From: an uncultured Fibrobacterota bacterium
GTDB taxonomy: Bacteria; Fibrobacterota; Chitinivibrionia; Chitinivibrionales; FEN-1185
NCBI GenBank assembly: GCA_963729895.1
Contig: CAVSQB010000019.1
Coordinates: 175,128-239,127, forward strand
Direction of reading: 5' to 3'
Length of the DNA stretch: 64,000 bases
In this document: positions 8,795 through 19,142 of the stretch, in pieces
Layout of the letters: every line of letters starts with the position of its first letter
Numbering within the stretch: position 1 is the stretch's first letter
Position numbers and translations under genes: made by a program
The notes under the pieces: model-generated
Seen by the model: the letters and a program-made list of their open reading frames with translations, nothing else
The model's database searches: none
Told to the model about the DNA's origin: nothing

Positions 8795-9260
8795 GGGTCT
8801 TTCTTCGGGCGCTAAAGCTCACTCCGCAAATTGTGATGTGACCGTCAACCTATTCATAGGAGGTTTTCAATGTTCTTCGCCAGGTTATTTTCCGTTGTTG
8901 CAATTTTCATTGCCGGTATTATCGGTTCCGCCTATCCTGCCGAGCAAAAACTGCCGGAAGCGGCGTCCGAACCCGCCTCCGAAATGTGGGCGCCTGTTGA
9001 CGAATCAGATTGGGCGGTTTTCATGGACGCTCCCGCTTATCACTTTGATCAAGCTAAGGAATACTTGCAAAAAGGCGAAACCGCAAAAGCATCTTCCGAA
9101 TTGAGAATAGGAAACTCATTTTTGACGTACCAGAGGGACCGTATTGCCTTCGCAGCGAAACAGATTGAAGAACTATCGAAAGCCGTTGCTGATGGAAAGG
9201 AAAAGAACCCTGCAACTGTTGACTCCATTACGGCCACCGCGTTAAAGGTAATAAGTAATA

Positions 9261-10903
9261 CCTAAATCCGTGAGAAAAACTTTGGCATTTTGATGATTTT
9301 TCGTGTAGATTAAGGGTGAATGGTGCTTGACTAAATGGCAGTTCACATTATTCACCCGGAAGGTGTCATGCCAAAGCCGAGAAAGTTGATAATCACGGAG
9401 ACGGACGAGTTTCTGACCAGCCATGGTGGAATGGCAATGATCGGGATGCTTGCGGAGCGATCCGGTTTGCGCGAGCGTGTTTCGCAGGTTACTCCGGACA
9501 AGAAGAGCGGGAGTATAAGCACCGCGGACGCGCTGCTGACCATGACGGGGCTTTTGTGTCTTGCCAAACCAGACTTTGACGGGGTCGAGCAGTTTCGTGA
9601 AGACGACTATTTTCAGGAGATGCTTGGATTGAAAGCGGTTCCTTCCGAGGCTACACTGCGGCAGCGAATGGACGAAACGGGCCTGACCGTTCAAAACGCA
9701 GTCCTTTCCGCTTCGGCGTCCCTGTTGAAAAAAGCAGCGCCACGGCTCACCGCCTGCTTTGGACCGTATATTCCGATTGACGCTGACGTATCTCCTTTTG
9801 ACAACAGTGGTTCTCATAAGGAAGGCGTAAGCTGCACGTACAAGTTGTTCGAGGGATATTCTCCGATGCTTGCCTACATAGGCGTGGAAGGCTACCTGCT
9901 GAACGCGGAGTTGCGCGAAGGGAAACAACATTGCCAGGAAGGAACTCCGGAGTTTCTGCGCAAGACCATAGCCCTTGCTCGAAAAATAACGGATCGTTCG
10001 ATCCTTGTGCGTCTTGATGCCGGACATGACGATATTGAAAACATGCGAGTCTGCCGCAAGGAAAAGGTCGATTACATAATCAAACGGAACATACGCAGGG
10101 AATCTATTGACGAATGGCTCGTGGATGCTCAAGCGCTCGGTGACTGGCGTCATCCTCGTGAAGGCAAGACCGTGTACGTTGGTGAGACAATACGGGAAAG
10201 AAACGGCGAAAACATGCGCGTTGTGTTCGAGGTGATCGAACGGACAATCGACCGCGACGGAAACGCCTTGCTGCTGCCGGATGTAGAGGTTCACACGTGG
10301 TGGACGAGCCTGAGCAGACGCAACGCCGGCCCGGACGACGTTATTGCAGCGTACCGGGATCATGGCACCAGCGAGCAGTTTCACTCGGAGCTGAAGAGTG
10401 ATATGGCGCTGGAGCGGCTTCCCAGCGGGAAGTTCACGACCAACGCATTGGTGTTGACGTTGGCGGTTCTTGCGTTCAACATGCTGCGGCTCTGCGGCCA
10501 AGTTGGAATCGACAAGGGGTACGTGCCGCGTAAGAAAGTTGCACGCCGGAGATTGCGGAAGGTCATTCAGGATCTTATGTACATAGCAGCACGCGTGATA
10601 ACGCATGCCCGCCGGTTGATGCTTGCCCTGTCGCGGCGGAATCAACTCCGCATAGCGTGGACGCAAACGTATCTGGCGTTCGCCACGGATGGCTGACCTA
10701 AGGAGAGCAATAAACGGAAATAGACCCGTAACCAAACAAACGTCGCCACCGACACGTTGAGTGTATTTGTCAACCATGGGGTCAGAAGCGCAAATCATAG
10801 TGGAATCACCCCGGCAACAACTTATCAAGAAGCCTTAGCAACCATATTCGTTCTTGTCAACGCCGTCAATTTGTTTTTAATAACCTTATCTCACGGAATC
10901 AGG
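9261..10903 (+). mobile_element. IS1380-family insertion sequence
   Basis: IRL CCTAAATCCGTGAGA, IRR (reverse complement) CCTGATTCCGTGAGA. 5-bp TSD TAATA at 9256-9260 and 10904-10908. Confidence 0.92.
9335..10696 (+). CDS. IS1380-family DDE transposase
   Basis: 'LTSHGG', 'IDADVSPFDNSGSHKEGV..TYK..GYSP', 'RLDAG' and 'YRDHGTSEQFHSELKSD' motifs. Confidence 0.92.
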   Translation: MAVHIIHPEGVMPKPRKLIITETDEFLTSHGGMAMIGMLAERSGLRERVSQVTPDKKSGSISTADALLTMTGLLCLAKPDFDGVEQFREDDYFQEMLGLKAVPSEATLRQRMDETGLTVQNAVLSASASLLKKAAPRLTACFGPYIPIDADVSPFDNSGSHKEGVSCTYKLFEGYSPMLAYIGVEGYLLNAELREGKQHCQEGTPEFLRKTIALARKITDRSILVRLDAGHDDIENMRVCRKEKVDYIIKRNIRRESIDEWLVDAQALGDWRHPREGKTVYVGETIRERNGENMRVVFEVIERTIDRDGNALLLPDVEVHTWWTSLSRRNAGPDDVIAAYRDHGTSEQFHSELKSDMALERLPSGKFTTNALVLTLAVLAFNMLRLCGQVGIDKGYVPRKKVARRRLRKVIQDLMYIAARVITHARRLMLALSRRNQLRIAWTQTYLAFATDG

Positions 10904-11793
10904 TAATAAATATGCGATGGTACCGCTGAAAATCGAACCGACCAGAATTTTTGAAGATGCGTACAAATATCATTTTGAGAAAGCAAAGTCAAAACTGCAG
11001 GAAAACGACCGGGCTGCAGCCGCTTCCGAAATAAGGAAAGCTGCATCCTTCTTGCGGTTGAGGGCGGCCCAGTTACGGCATGTCGCCAAAGCCGAACTCG
11101 ATTCCGCCGGAAATGAATTGAGGGAATTAGCGTCAAAAGTCGAATCCGGCACGGTCAAGGACGTAAAGGACCTGGAGCATGTTTTCCAGAAGGCGATATC
11201 AGTTGTGACGAAGAAGACCAAGTAATATTATGAATTGACAATTTATGTCAGCAAATCCGGTCGATGCGAATCAGATTTAGTTGATTTGGAACAACCCGAA
11301 TTCAGGGAACAGCGTTAACCAAAAGGCATCAAAATGAAACAAAGCTGTTTGTCCCGCCCAGCCGATAATAGCGCCCTCGGTGATGACGTTTCGCACAGTG
11401 GGTGTCCGGCGCGTAGATAACCGATTATTGGTGAGAGGAGCAAACTATGAGTGGGAGAAATTCCGCAGTTCCTCTCCCGATGTTACGGGCGAACCGAACT
11501 ACAACGACCAGTGGCGGTTCTTCCCGTACTACCGTTAACCATGCGGTATGGCTTTCATCGCGCAAGCCATCCGGGTTCCATTCGATTCAGACAACAAAAA
11601 TCACATAGAGGCAAGGACTCCGGTCGATGTTGGGCCGCCGGGAGCAGGGACTAATGAAGGAGTGGACTGCGAATCGTCATGGCGGCTGCCCCTATCACCC
11701 GGTGGGCAGTGCAGACAAAAGTTCGGAAAGCTTATCGTCGCCGGATGTTGGCTTGGTTTCCTTTTTGGTAACCGCTTCGATCTTATCCCAAAG

Positions 11794-13044
11794 ATGATCG
11801 CCATGCGGATCACAATTTTGCTCGCAATGCTGGTTTCTGGATGTGTCCGGATCTGCTGCAGCACCGAAATTGAATTGGAATCGTTTGCCAAAAACGCGGA
11901 CAGCATTCCCATCGGCATCGTTTCCTTCAAGTCCCTTTCATCGACGACGCTCTTGGCAAACAAGCCCGAAGGTGTCATTGCAAGCGACCTGGAGTTTTCC
12001 GGCAGATTCACGGTAGTGCGGAGTGCCGTACCGGACACGGCGCTTTTTGGAAATAACAATGTTCAAATGTATATCAACGGCGATTATTCCGTGAACGGGA
12101 ACGATGTGCAGCTTCATTGTTTTTTGCAAAGTGTGGATGGAAAGCAAATTCTGTTAAACCGAACGTTTGGCGGCACCCTTCAGACCCTTCGTGCAATGGC
12201 GCACCGCTATGGCGACGAATTGGTCCAGAGGTTGTTCGCCGACAAGCCCTTCTTTGAAAGCAAGATCCTTTTCGTCAAGGACGAGGGACGCAGAAAGAAC
12301 ATTATGATCATGGATTACGACGGATTTGACCGACGTCAGCTTACCTTCTGCGATTGCATGAACATTTTGCCTGCCTTTGCCGATTCCGCCACCTTTGTCT
12401 GGACGTCGTACAGTCGGGGCCAAGCCGGGGTGTACGGGGGAGCACTTGAAGGGGGCGGCCAACATCCTCTTGTAACAAGCCGCTACGTAGAGACCTCGGC
12501 CTGCGTATCGGCGATTACCGGAAGAATCGCCTTCTCCTCCGGACGGCAGGGCAGCATGGAAATTTACACCTGCAATATGGATGGATCCGCCGTAACACGT
12601 CTGACCGGCGATGGTGGGGTCGACATAGCGCCCTGTTGGTCACCCACCAGCGCGCAGATCGCGTTTACTTCGGACCGAGACGGCACCCCCCACATTTACG
12701 TCATGGACGCCGACGGCTCCAACGAGCGCCGCCTCACCTTTGACGGCGATTACCAGGATACCCCTGCATGGTCGCCAAAGGGAGACAAGATCGCGTATGC
12801 GTCAATGACGCTTGGCGAGTTTGAAATCTGGACGATCCAGGCCGACGGCTCCAACGCCACCCAATTGACCTCCCCTGGCGGCAGCAAGGAAAACCCGGTG
12901 TGGTCGCCAAGCGCATCGTATGTCGCCTTTTCCTGCAAGATCGGGAAGGGCATCGACATTTACGCGATTCGCGCGGATGGGACACATCTGACAAAAATTA
13001 CAAACACCGGAAACGCAAAAATGCCTGCCTGGGCGCTTGACTGA
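11794..13044 (+). CDS. tolB: TolB-like protein (TolB N domain + PD40 beta-propeller)
   Basis: 'IASDLEFSGRF', 'AHRYGDE', 'MDYDG' and repeated P-x-WSP PD40 units. Start is probably 11794 or 11803 (signal peptide), not 11548. Confidence 0.8.
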   Translation: MIAMRITILLAMLVSGCVRICCSTEIELESFAKNADSIPIGIVSFKSLSSTTLLANKPEGVIASDLEFSGRFTVVRSAVPDTALFGNNNVQMYINGDYSVNGNDVQLHCFLQSVDGKQILLNRTFGGTLQTLRAMAHRYGDELVQRLFADKPFFESKILFVKDEGRRKNIMIMDYDGFDRRQLTFCDCMNILPAFADSATFVWTSYSRGQAGVYGGALEGGGQHPLVTSRYVETSACVSAITGRIAFSSGRQGSMEIYTCNMDGSAVTRLTGDGGVDIAPCWSPTSAQIAFTSDRDGTPHIYVMDADGSNERRLTFDGDYQDTPAWSPKGDKIAYASMTLGEFEIWTIQADGSNATQLTSPGGSKENPVWSPSASYVAFSCKIGKGIDIYAIRADGTHLTKITNTGNAKMPAWALD

Positions 13045-13185
13045 ATCATAAATAACGGCCGTGAAGGATTGCCGCCTGGGAAAGGGACAATTATCACAAC
13101 ACTTGAATTTTCCGGGATCGTGGGCTCCGCCTCGGTTGGCGCCGGGCTACTCGGCTCCCTCACCGGCGGATCGTGCTGTTAGTGA

Positions 13186-13200
13186 TGGCATGGATGTTGC
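13186..13200 (+). promoter_or_regulatory. sigma54 -24/-12 promoter (BON operon)
   Basis: TGGCATG-GATG-TTGC upstream of the AAGGAGG RBS of the BON gene. Confidence 0.7.
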
Positions 13201-13267
13201 GGTTCTTTGAGTTGACATCATCACTCGAATTTATGCGAACATTTCTCATGGGTAAGGAGGACGAAAT

Positions 13268-14698
13268 ATGGTTGTATCAATATCATGTGCAAGGTGGCCG
13301 CGTTTCCTCGCCTTTGTCTACATCATTTTGGCGTTACCGCTTGCCGCCGCGGAAAGGCCTTCCGACAAAGTAATTGTCAACCGGATCGAAGCCGCCCTGT
13401 TCGAAGACCCAAGGGTGAGAGCGGCGGACATATCGGTCAATTCGATGAATGGGATCGTAACCCTCGACGGCTCGGTAAAAACTCTCGCGGAATTGAAATT
13501 CGCAGATCTCGAAACCAAGAAAATAAGAGGCGTCCTGGGCGTGATAGATAAATTGTCTGTTAGACCTGTTTACCGGCTTGACGCCGAAATTCGCCAGGAT
13601 TTGAGGCGCAGATTGGTCAGGAGTTCAATTATCAAATCCGAGAACCTCGGTGTTCATGTTGAGAATGGGATTGTTTATCTTAGCGGAAAAGTGGGATCCT
13701 CTGCGGAAAGGGATCAGGCGTCCCTGCTTGTGGAAGACGTTAGGGGCGTAAAAGCAATTGATAACCGCATCGAAGTAACCTACGCGATCAAAAGGTCCGA
13801 CGCGGATATTCGAAAAGACATTCTCTCAAAGTATTCCCGAGATGTGTATCTTGTCGGATTGCCGATTGGAGTTACAGTGAAGAACGGCAATGTAACGCTC
13901 ACTGGAGAAATTGGAAATGAATTCGAAAAAGAACGCGCAGAGAATGACGCTGCAAATACCTTCAACGTCGCTGGGGTAAGAAATGACCTCAAGGTTACCT
14001 GGGCGAAGGCTGAGGGCGTTCGTAATGAGGCATCCGCAATTTCGGATACGGAGTTGACCGTTGCGGTAGGTAACGAACTGAGTTGGGACACTCGTTTCGA
14101 TAATCCCAAAGATATTGTGGCACTGGTCCGGCACGGCGCAATAACGTTGACCGGTTCGGTGCCGGCATTCTCCCAAAAAATGCTTGCCGAGCAGGATGTC
14201 AAGGGAATCACCGGTGTGCAATCGGTCAACAACCTTCTTCAGGTCAAGGGCGTGGAAAGAGACGACATGGGCATCTACATGGACATACGGGACGCGATGG
14301 AGTCGGATTATTCCTTGAACGGCGTGAGGATTACCTATTATGTGGTTGACGGCGTTGCAACCCTGAAAGGCAACGTCAACTCCGAGTATGAAAAATCACG
14401 CATTGAAAGAGATGCCGGCGGAATCATCGGCGTAAAGGACATTGATGACTACATCACTGTCGACTGGCTGCCCAAATACTCCGACGATGCTCTCAAGAAC
14501 CGCATTTTCGAACGTCTCCTGTCGAATTGGGTGACGTGGCCGTTAACGAAGAGCATAATCATAAATGTCAATGAAGGAAGAGCCATCCTCACGGGAACAA
14601 CCGACACCTGGGCTCAATATAATGAAGCGCAAAGGATAACAGGGCAAACCGATGGGATCAGGTCCGTTGATAACAGGTTGGTCGTCCACGGAAGCTAG
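13268..14698 (+). CDS. Multi-BON domain (OsmY-like) periplasmic protein, about six BON repeats
   Basis: Signal peptide and repeated 'D..I...(V)..G.VTL.G.V......A.....GV..V.N.L.V' units. Confidence 0.9.
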   Translation: MVVSISCARWPRFLAFVYIILALPLAAAERPSDKVIVNRIEAALFEDPRVRAADISVNSMNGIVTLDGSVKTLAELKFADLETKKIRGVLGVIDKLSVRPVYRLDAEIRQDLRRRLVRSSIIKSENLGVHVENGIVYLSGKVGSSAERDQASLLVEDVRGVKAIDNRIEVTYAIKRSDADIRKDILSKYSRDVYLVGLPIGVTVKNGNVTLTGEIGNEFEKERAENDAANTFNVAGVRNDLKVTWAKAEGVRNEASAISDTELTVAVGNELSWDTRFDNPKDIVALVRHGAITLTGSVPAFSQKMLAEQDVKGITGVQSVNNLLQVKGVERDDMGIYMDIRDAMESDYSLNGVRITYYVVDGVATLKGNVNSEYEKSRIERDAGGIIGVKDIDDYITVDWLPKYSDDALKNRIFERLLSNWVTWPLTKSIIINVNEGRAILTGTTDTWAQYNEAQRITGQTDGIRSVDNRLVVHGS

Positions 14699-14823
14699 GT
14701 CGCGGTTGTGTGCCGGAACCGGAGCCGTCGGAACTGGACGTGCCTGCATCCGTTGACAAAGTGCCGAGGAGATTAGGAAGGCGGTCCCACGCGCCATACC
14801 ACGCTCAGAAAGCCTACATAATT

Positions 14824-15576
14824 ATGGTTTCGTTACGCGTCGTCGTGACGGGATTGTTGATCAGCTTTACGAGAGTCGCCCTCGCCGATTCGGCCGAAAG
14901 CGATACCTTGGTAGTGCAAAACATCGCCAGGGCCTACGGCTCCGAGACGTTCGGCAATATCGCCAAGATCCGATTCACCTTCAACCTGCAGCGTGACAAG
15001 CTGAGAGTACAACGATCGTGGGAATGGGAGCCCAAGCCCGACCGTGTGACCTATGTCAACCCGCCCGATCAATCGCAGCCCGTTTCCTACCGGCGGGCGG
15101 ATCTGCCGCCTCCGGATACCGGGCGCCTTCGCGGTATCGACAAACTATTTGTCAATGACCAGTACTGGCTTTTGTTTCCCCTGCACCTTGCCTGGGACAA
15201 GGGAATACAGATTGCGGTGGACGAACTCAAAGCCCTGCCCATCGGGTACGGATTCTGCAGGCGCGTGACCATAACCTATCCCACGTCCGGGGGATATACT
15301 CCTGGCGACATGTACCGCATGTATATAGATGAACAATATCATATCGTGGAATGGGAATACCACAAGGGCGATTCCGTCTCCACGACCATCGCCACACGGT
15401 GGCAGAAACACCGGTGGGCGGGCCCGCTCCTGATATCCCTGGAACGGCCCGGCCCGGACAAGAGCTTCCACATCTGGTTTACCCGTACCGCCGTAATGCT
15501 CAGGGACATCGACATTATCGCCAGCGACACGGTGATTGAGGTAAAGAGGCTTCCGCTCTGGTATCGCGCGCAGTAG
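14824..15576 (+). CDS. Secreted hypothetical protein
   Basis: Signal peptide after ATG 14824. Contains conserved-looking 'AYG', 'R.W.W.PK', 'FVNDQYWLLFP' and 'GGYTPGD.Y' blocks. Confidence 0.7.
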   Translation: MVSLRVVVTGLLISFTRVALADSAESDTLVVQNIARAYGSETFGNIAKIRFTFNLQRDKLRVQRSWEWEPKPDRVTYVNPPDQSQPVSYRRADLPPPDTGRLRGIDKLFVNDQYWLLFPLHLAWDKGIQIAVDELKALPIGYGFCRRVTITYPTSGGYTPGDMYRMYIDEQYHIVEWEYHKGDSVSTTIATRWQKHRWAGPLLISLERPGPDKSFHIWFTRTAVMLRDIDIIASDTVIEVKRLPLWYRAQ

Positions 15577-15630
15577 AAAACGGTGGAGCCATGAATTACG
15601 TTAACCTGCAAATTTAATGAAAGGCATGAA

Positions 15631-16086
15631 ATGACCAAGATCATTTTTTTGTCTCTATTGATGACCGTAGTGATTCTTGACGGATGCTCTGTGCATTCGC
15701 TCAGGCACAGATTACGGATGCGGGCCCAGAGCATAGCCGCCGAAGACGACACTGCCGCTTCTCAGCGGGAGCGATTTTTCAATGTATGTTTTCCCGCTTC
15801 AGAGCAATCGGAAATTCAGGACGATTCCTGTTTTTCCATCAGCCGAAACACCCAGTGGTATTACAGCCACCCGTATCCGCCGCACTATGCTGTGTTCCAT
15901 TACCGCCAATTCGGCACTTGCCCACCGTATACATATTATACGCCGGATTGCGATTGTTGCAAGCGCGCAGGGCAGCAGAACAACTCCTCGGTATCCTCGC
16001 AAAAAACCGAGGAGGAACCAATCCATTCTTCGATAATCACAGACTCGGGAATGGCACGGACGGGCAATGGCTCCGGCAAAAATTGA
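15631..16086 (+). CDS. Hypothetical lipoprotein
   Basis: Hydrophobic N-terminus ending LDGC, Tyr/Pro-rich centre; co-oriented within the operon. Confidence 0.45.
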   Translation: MTKIIFLSLLMTVVILDGCSVHSLRHRLRMRAQSIAAEDDTAASQRERFFNVCFPASEQSEIQDDSCFSISRNTQWYYSHPYPPHYAVFHYRQFGTCPPYTYYTPDCDCCKRAGQQNNSSVSSQKTEEEPIHSSIITDSGMARTGNGSGKN

Positions 16087-16185
16087 AGAGACGAGGGAAC
16101 AGCAACTGAACGATACAAACGGCCAGCACCCCGGGCCATGGCCGAGCGATACAACATCGCACACATTACAAAGGAGGAACTCGAA

Positions 16186-16785
16186 ATGAAATATACACGC
16201 CGTTTGCAATCTCTGGCGATGGCTCTCACGCTGGGCATGATTTCGGGATGCGCATGGTATCCCATTGCCAATAAATATGTCCACGAGGCGGCACCCGGCC
16301 TCACAGTACCGATGGTGCAGGCTGATGCAAAGAAATACACCGGCGCCATTGTCATTTGGGGAGGCATTGTGCTAAACGTTACCAACGATTCTTTGGGAAG
16401 CACCCTCTTTGTAATGGAAACCCCGCTTGACGACGAGGGATATCCCAGCAGTGCCAATCTTCCCCGTGGCAGGTTCATTGCGCACACTCCGCTTTTTCTG
16501 GATCCCGAAATATACCGGAAAGGCCGCAGGGTGACGCTTGCAGGAGAAATTACCGGCGTTTCCACCCGTAAGCTCGGGGAGGGAACGTATGCATACCCGA
16601 TCCTTAAGGTCAAGGAACTGCGCTACTGGCAATATTATTCCAATTACTATTCCCCCTATGGGCCCTATTACGACCCGTATAACGGGCCATGGTGGTACGA
16701 CGACTTTGGCGTGCGTTATTACTTTGGTTTTGACGAACGTGGCCATTATTACAAACACCGTGGGTACTACGAGCACAGGCGGTAG
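16186..16785 (+). CDS. Slp family outer-membrane lipoprotein
   Basis: AGGAGG RBS, lipobox ISGC, 'WGG.V', 'GRFIA', 'FLDPEIY..GR.VTLAG', 'Y.YP' and a Tyr/Pro-rich tail. Confidence 0.88.
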   Translation: MKYTRRLQSLAMALTLGMISGCAWYPIANKYVHEAAPGLTVPMVQADAKKYTGAIVIWGGIVLNVTNDSLGSTLFVMETPLDDEGYPSSANLPRGRFIAHTPLFLDPEIYRKGRRVTLAGEITGVSTRKLGEGTYAYPILKVKELRYWQYYSNYYSPYGPYYDPYNGPWWYDDFGVRYYFGFDERGHYYKHRGYYEHRR

Positions 16786-16827
16786 GGTGAAACATTTGCT
16801 CTTTGTGCAAGAATGGAGATGCCCGCG

Positions 16828-18396
16828 ATGAAAATCGGTCATTTCAGCATATTCACAACTGCCCTTATACTGGCGTGTGCCCCGGCGTTCGCTGAACACG
16901 ACATGTCGTCGGCCGCCAAGGTGTCTTCGACGCGAAAGGGTTCCGGTGGGGGCGGATCTTCCGAGGCGCTTACAACCGAAGTTCACGAAGCGGAGACGCT
17001 CAGCACTACGCATCACAGTGTATATGTCAACAGCAAAGAGCTGCACTACACTGCAACGGCAGGACGCATTTGCGTTGGCGATTCGGCCGATCAGGGAGTG
17101 GCGGTCATGTTTTTCACGGCATACACGGTTGAGCCCGCCCCCGAGGCAAGGCGAAGGCCCCTCACCTTTGCCTTCAATGGGGGGCCAGGCGCATCCTCCA
17201 TGTGGCTACACCTTGCCGTTGCAGGACCAAGGCGGGCACTCTTTGGAGACGCCGGCACCACGCTTCCAGTCGTTGACACCTTGGTTGACAACGAATACAC
17301 GTGGCTCCCATTTACCGACCTTGTGTTCGTAGACCCGGTGGGAACGGGTTACAGCAGGGCCGCGCCCCAGACAAGTGCCGACAAATTCTTCACTGTGGAT
17401 GGCGATATCAAAATAGCGGCCCAGTTTGTTCGTGCGTATTTGAGCAAATACAAACGTTGGACCTCGCCAAAGTTCATTGCTGGCGAAAGTTACGGCACGG
17501 TGCGGGCCGTGGGGCTTACCGGATACCTGCAAGACGCGATGAGCATGGTAGTTGACGGCACCATTCTAATCTCTTCTGCGCTTGATTTCGGACTCATTTC
17601 CTTTCGCATGGGAAATGATCTCCCCTACGCATTGGCCTTGCCCTCCTATGCCGCCACCGCCTGGTATCATGGAAAACTTGCACCAGCAAAGATGAAGACC
17701 GACGTTGCCGCCCTAACCGCTTCGGCAGAACAGTGGGCACGCACGAGGTATCTTTTGGCATTAACCCGAGGCGCAACGCTTTCCGCGTCCGGTCGGAATG
17801 AAATCATCGATTCGTTGGCCGCTTACAGCGGGCTGCCACAGACTTTCATTCGCGATCACGACATGCGCATCGATCGGTTTGCTTTTTTGCGCCACTTGCT
17901 TTGGGACCAGGACAGCATTGTCGGAATTCTGGACGGCCGGACCAGTTCCCTCAACGCGTCCCGCGGTCAGCCAAATACCTACTCCGATCCCTCGATGTTC
18001 GTTATCGCAGGGCCGCTCACTGCGCTGATCAACGACTATATCCGCCGCGATCTCGCCTATTCGACTCAACTTGAGTATGTGTATCTATCCGACGAAGTCA
18101 ATCGAAAATGGCAATGGTCCAGTCCTTCTTCGCAGGGGTATCTTAGCATGACCACCGCTCTGCGAGACGCCATGAGCGCAAACGCTCGGCTTCGGGTATT
18201 CGCGGCCATGGGGTATTACGATTTAACGACGCCGTTTTCCTCCCAAAGCTATGTGTTTGAGCATTTGCGTGCCGATAGCACTCTGCTTCACCGTATCGCC
18301 TGCAAATGCTACCCTGCCGGCCATCAGATCTATACCGATCCGAAGTCTTTGAAGCAGCTTACCGCTGACGTGGAAGCATTTATGGGGAACAGGTAG
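16828..18396 (+). CDS. S10 family serine carboxypeptidase
   Basis: 'FNGGPGASS', 'DPVGTGYS', catalytic 'GESYG', 'GYYDLTTP' and 'AGH'. Confidence 0.9.
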   Translation: MKIGHFSIFTTALILACAPAFAEHDMSSAAKVSSTRKGSGGGGSSEALTTEVHEAETLSTTHHSVYVNSKELHYTATAGRICVGDSADQGVAVMFFTAYTVEPAPEARRRPLTFAFNGGPGASSMWLHLAVAGPRRALFGDAGTTLPVVDTLVDNEYTWLPFTDLVFVDPVGTGYSRAAPQTSADKFFTVDGDIKIAAQFVRAYLSKYKRWTSPKFIAGESYGTVRAVGLTGYLQDAMSMVVDGTILISSALDFGLISFRMGNDLPYALALPSYAATAWYHGKLAPAKMKTDVAALTASAEQWARTRYLLALTRGATLSASGRNEIIDSLAAYSGLPQTFIRDHDMRIDRFAFLRHLLWDQDSIVGILDGRTSSLNASRGQPNTYSDPSMFVIAGPLTALINDYIRRDLAYSTQLEYVYLSDEVNRKWQWSSPSSQGYLSMTTALRDAMSANARLRVFAAMGYYDLTTPFSSQSYVFEHLRADSTLLHRIACKCYPAGHQIYTDPKSLKQLTADVEAFMGNR

Positions 18397-18523
18397 GTAG
18401 GCTTTCTTGCGCAGGCATTCCGACGCTTGCCGCCAAACCCCTACTAAAAGAGGGGGGCGCTGAGCAAAATATCGCCCTGCGCCCCGCAATCCTCCTTCTT
18501 TCTCTCCGCCGCTGCTTTGACGG

Positions 18524-19105
18524 TCACTGAGCCTGACTCACCGATGGGGCGCTTCCCTCCAACACGGTAAACTCATCGCGTCGGTTTTTCGCGTGGCAGG
18601 CCTCATCCGTGCAACCCGTGACAGCCAAACGTTCCTTTCCGTACGACGTAACCTCCAGTTGATTAGAGGCAACACCGAGATTTACCAGGAAATCCTTTGC
18701 CGCCTGTGCGCGCCGCTGGCCGAGGCCGATGTTGTATTCGGCCGACCCGCGCTCGTCGCAGTTGCCGGCAACAAGAACGCGCAAAGATCCATGTTCCATC
18801 ATAAATTTACTGATGATCCCGAGCTGTTTCTCCCCTTCCGGCTTGATCCCCGACTTGTTGAAGTCGAAATAGACGTTCTGCAGGGCTTCGCGCGCCTGAC
18901 GAAGAAGTTCCCCTTGCAGGTCGGCCTCCTTGAAAGTAGACGCTCCCGTCGTGTCAACTCTTGCCGGCCGGGGAGCGGCAACCGCCGGGGCCGGCTCTTG
19001 CATGGGCTCCGGCACCTTTGTCAGTTTCTTCTGACATCCGACCGCCATCGACCCCGCGATGAGGGCGGCCGAAATGTAGACAAGCAATCTCATACTCGTT
19101 TTCAT
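18524..19105 (-). CDS. pal: Peptidoglycan-associated lipoprotein (Pal/OmpA C-terminal domain)
   Basis: AAGGAGG RBS, lipobox AVGC, 'VYFDFNK', 'GNCDERGSAEYNIGLGQRRA', 'SYGKE' and 'NRR'. Confidence 0.88.
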   Translation of the reverse strand: MKTSMRLLVYISAALIAGSMAVGCQKKLTKVPEPMQEPAPAVAAPRPARVDTTGASTFKEADLQGELLRQAREALQNVYFDFNKSGIKPEGEKQLGIISKFMMEHGSLRVLVAGNCDERGSAEYNIGLGQRRAQAAKDFLVNLGVASNQLEVTSYGKERLAVTGCTDEACHAKNRRDEFTVLEGSAPSVSQAQ

Positions 19106-19142
19106 GAATGCCTCCTTCCAAAAGTGTAGCACTACTCGCGAC

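Larger units (their letters stand above)
8870..11225 (+). pseudogene. Secreted alpha-helical repeat protein (YfdX-like appearance) interrupted by IS1380
   Basis: Removing 9261-10908 rejoins 8870-9260 and 10909-11225 in frame (..KVISN-KYA-MVPLK..), giving 235 aa with a signal peptide. It has an internal repeat: YHFDQAKEYL..KASSELR..SFL / YHFEKAKSKL..AASEIRKAASFL. Confidence 0.8.

Noticed and set aside
9242..10828. Long antisense ORFs over transposases (also 21234-22454, 34815-36035, 61109-62299)
   Set aside because: They are shadow frames of recognisable transposases and have no motifs of their own.
11226..11793. Long intergenic region or 5' extension of tolB as a riboswitch or extra domain
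   Set aside because: No recognisable riboswitch core or convincing stem set, and the extension precedes the signal peptide and looks non-coding.
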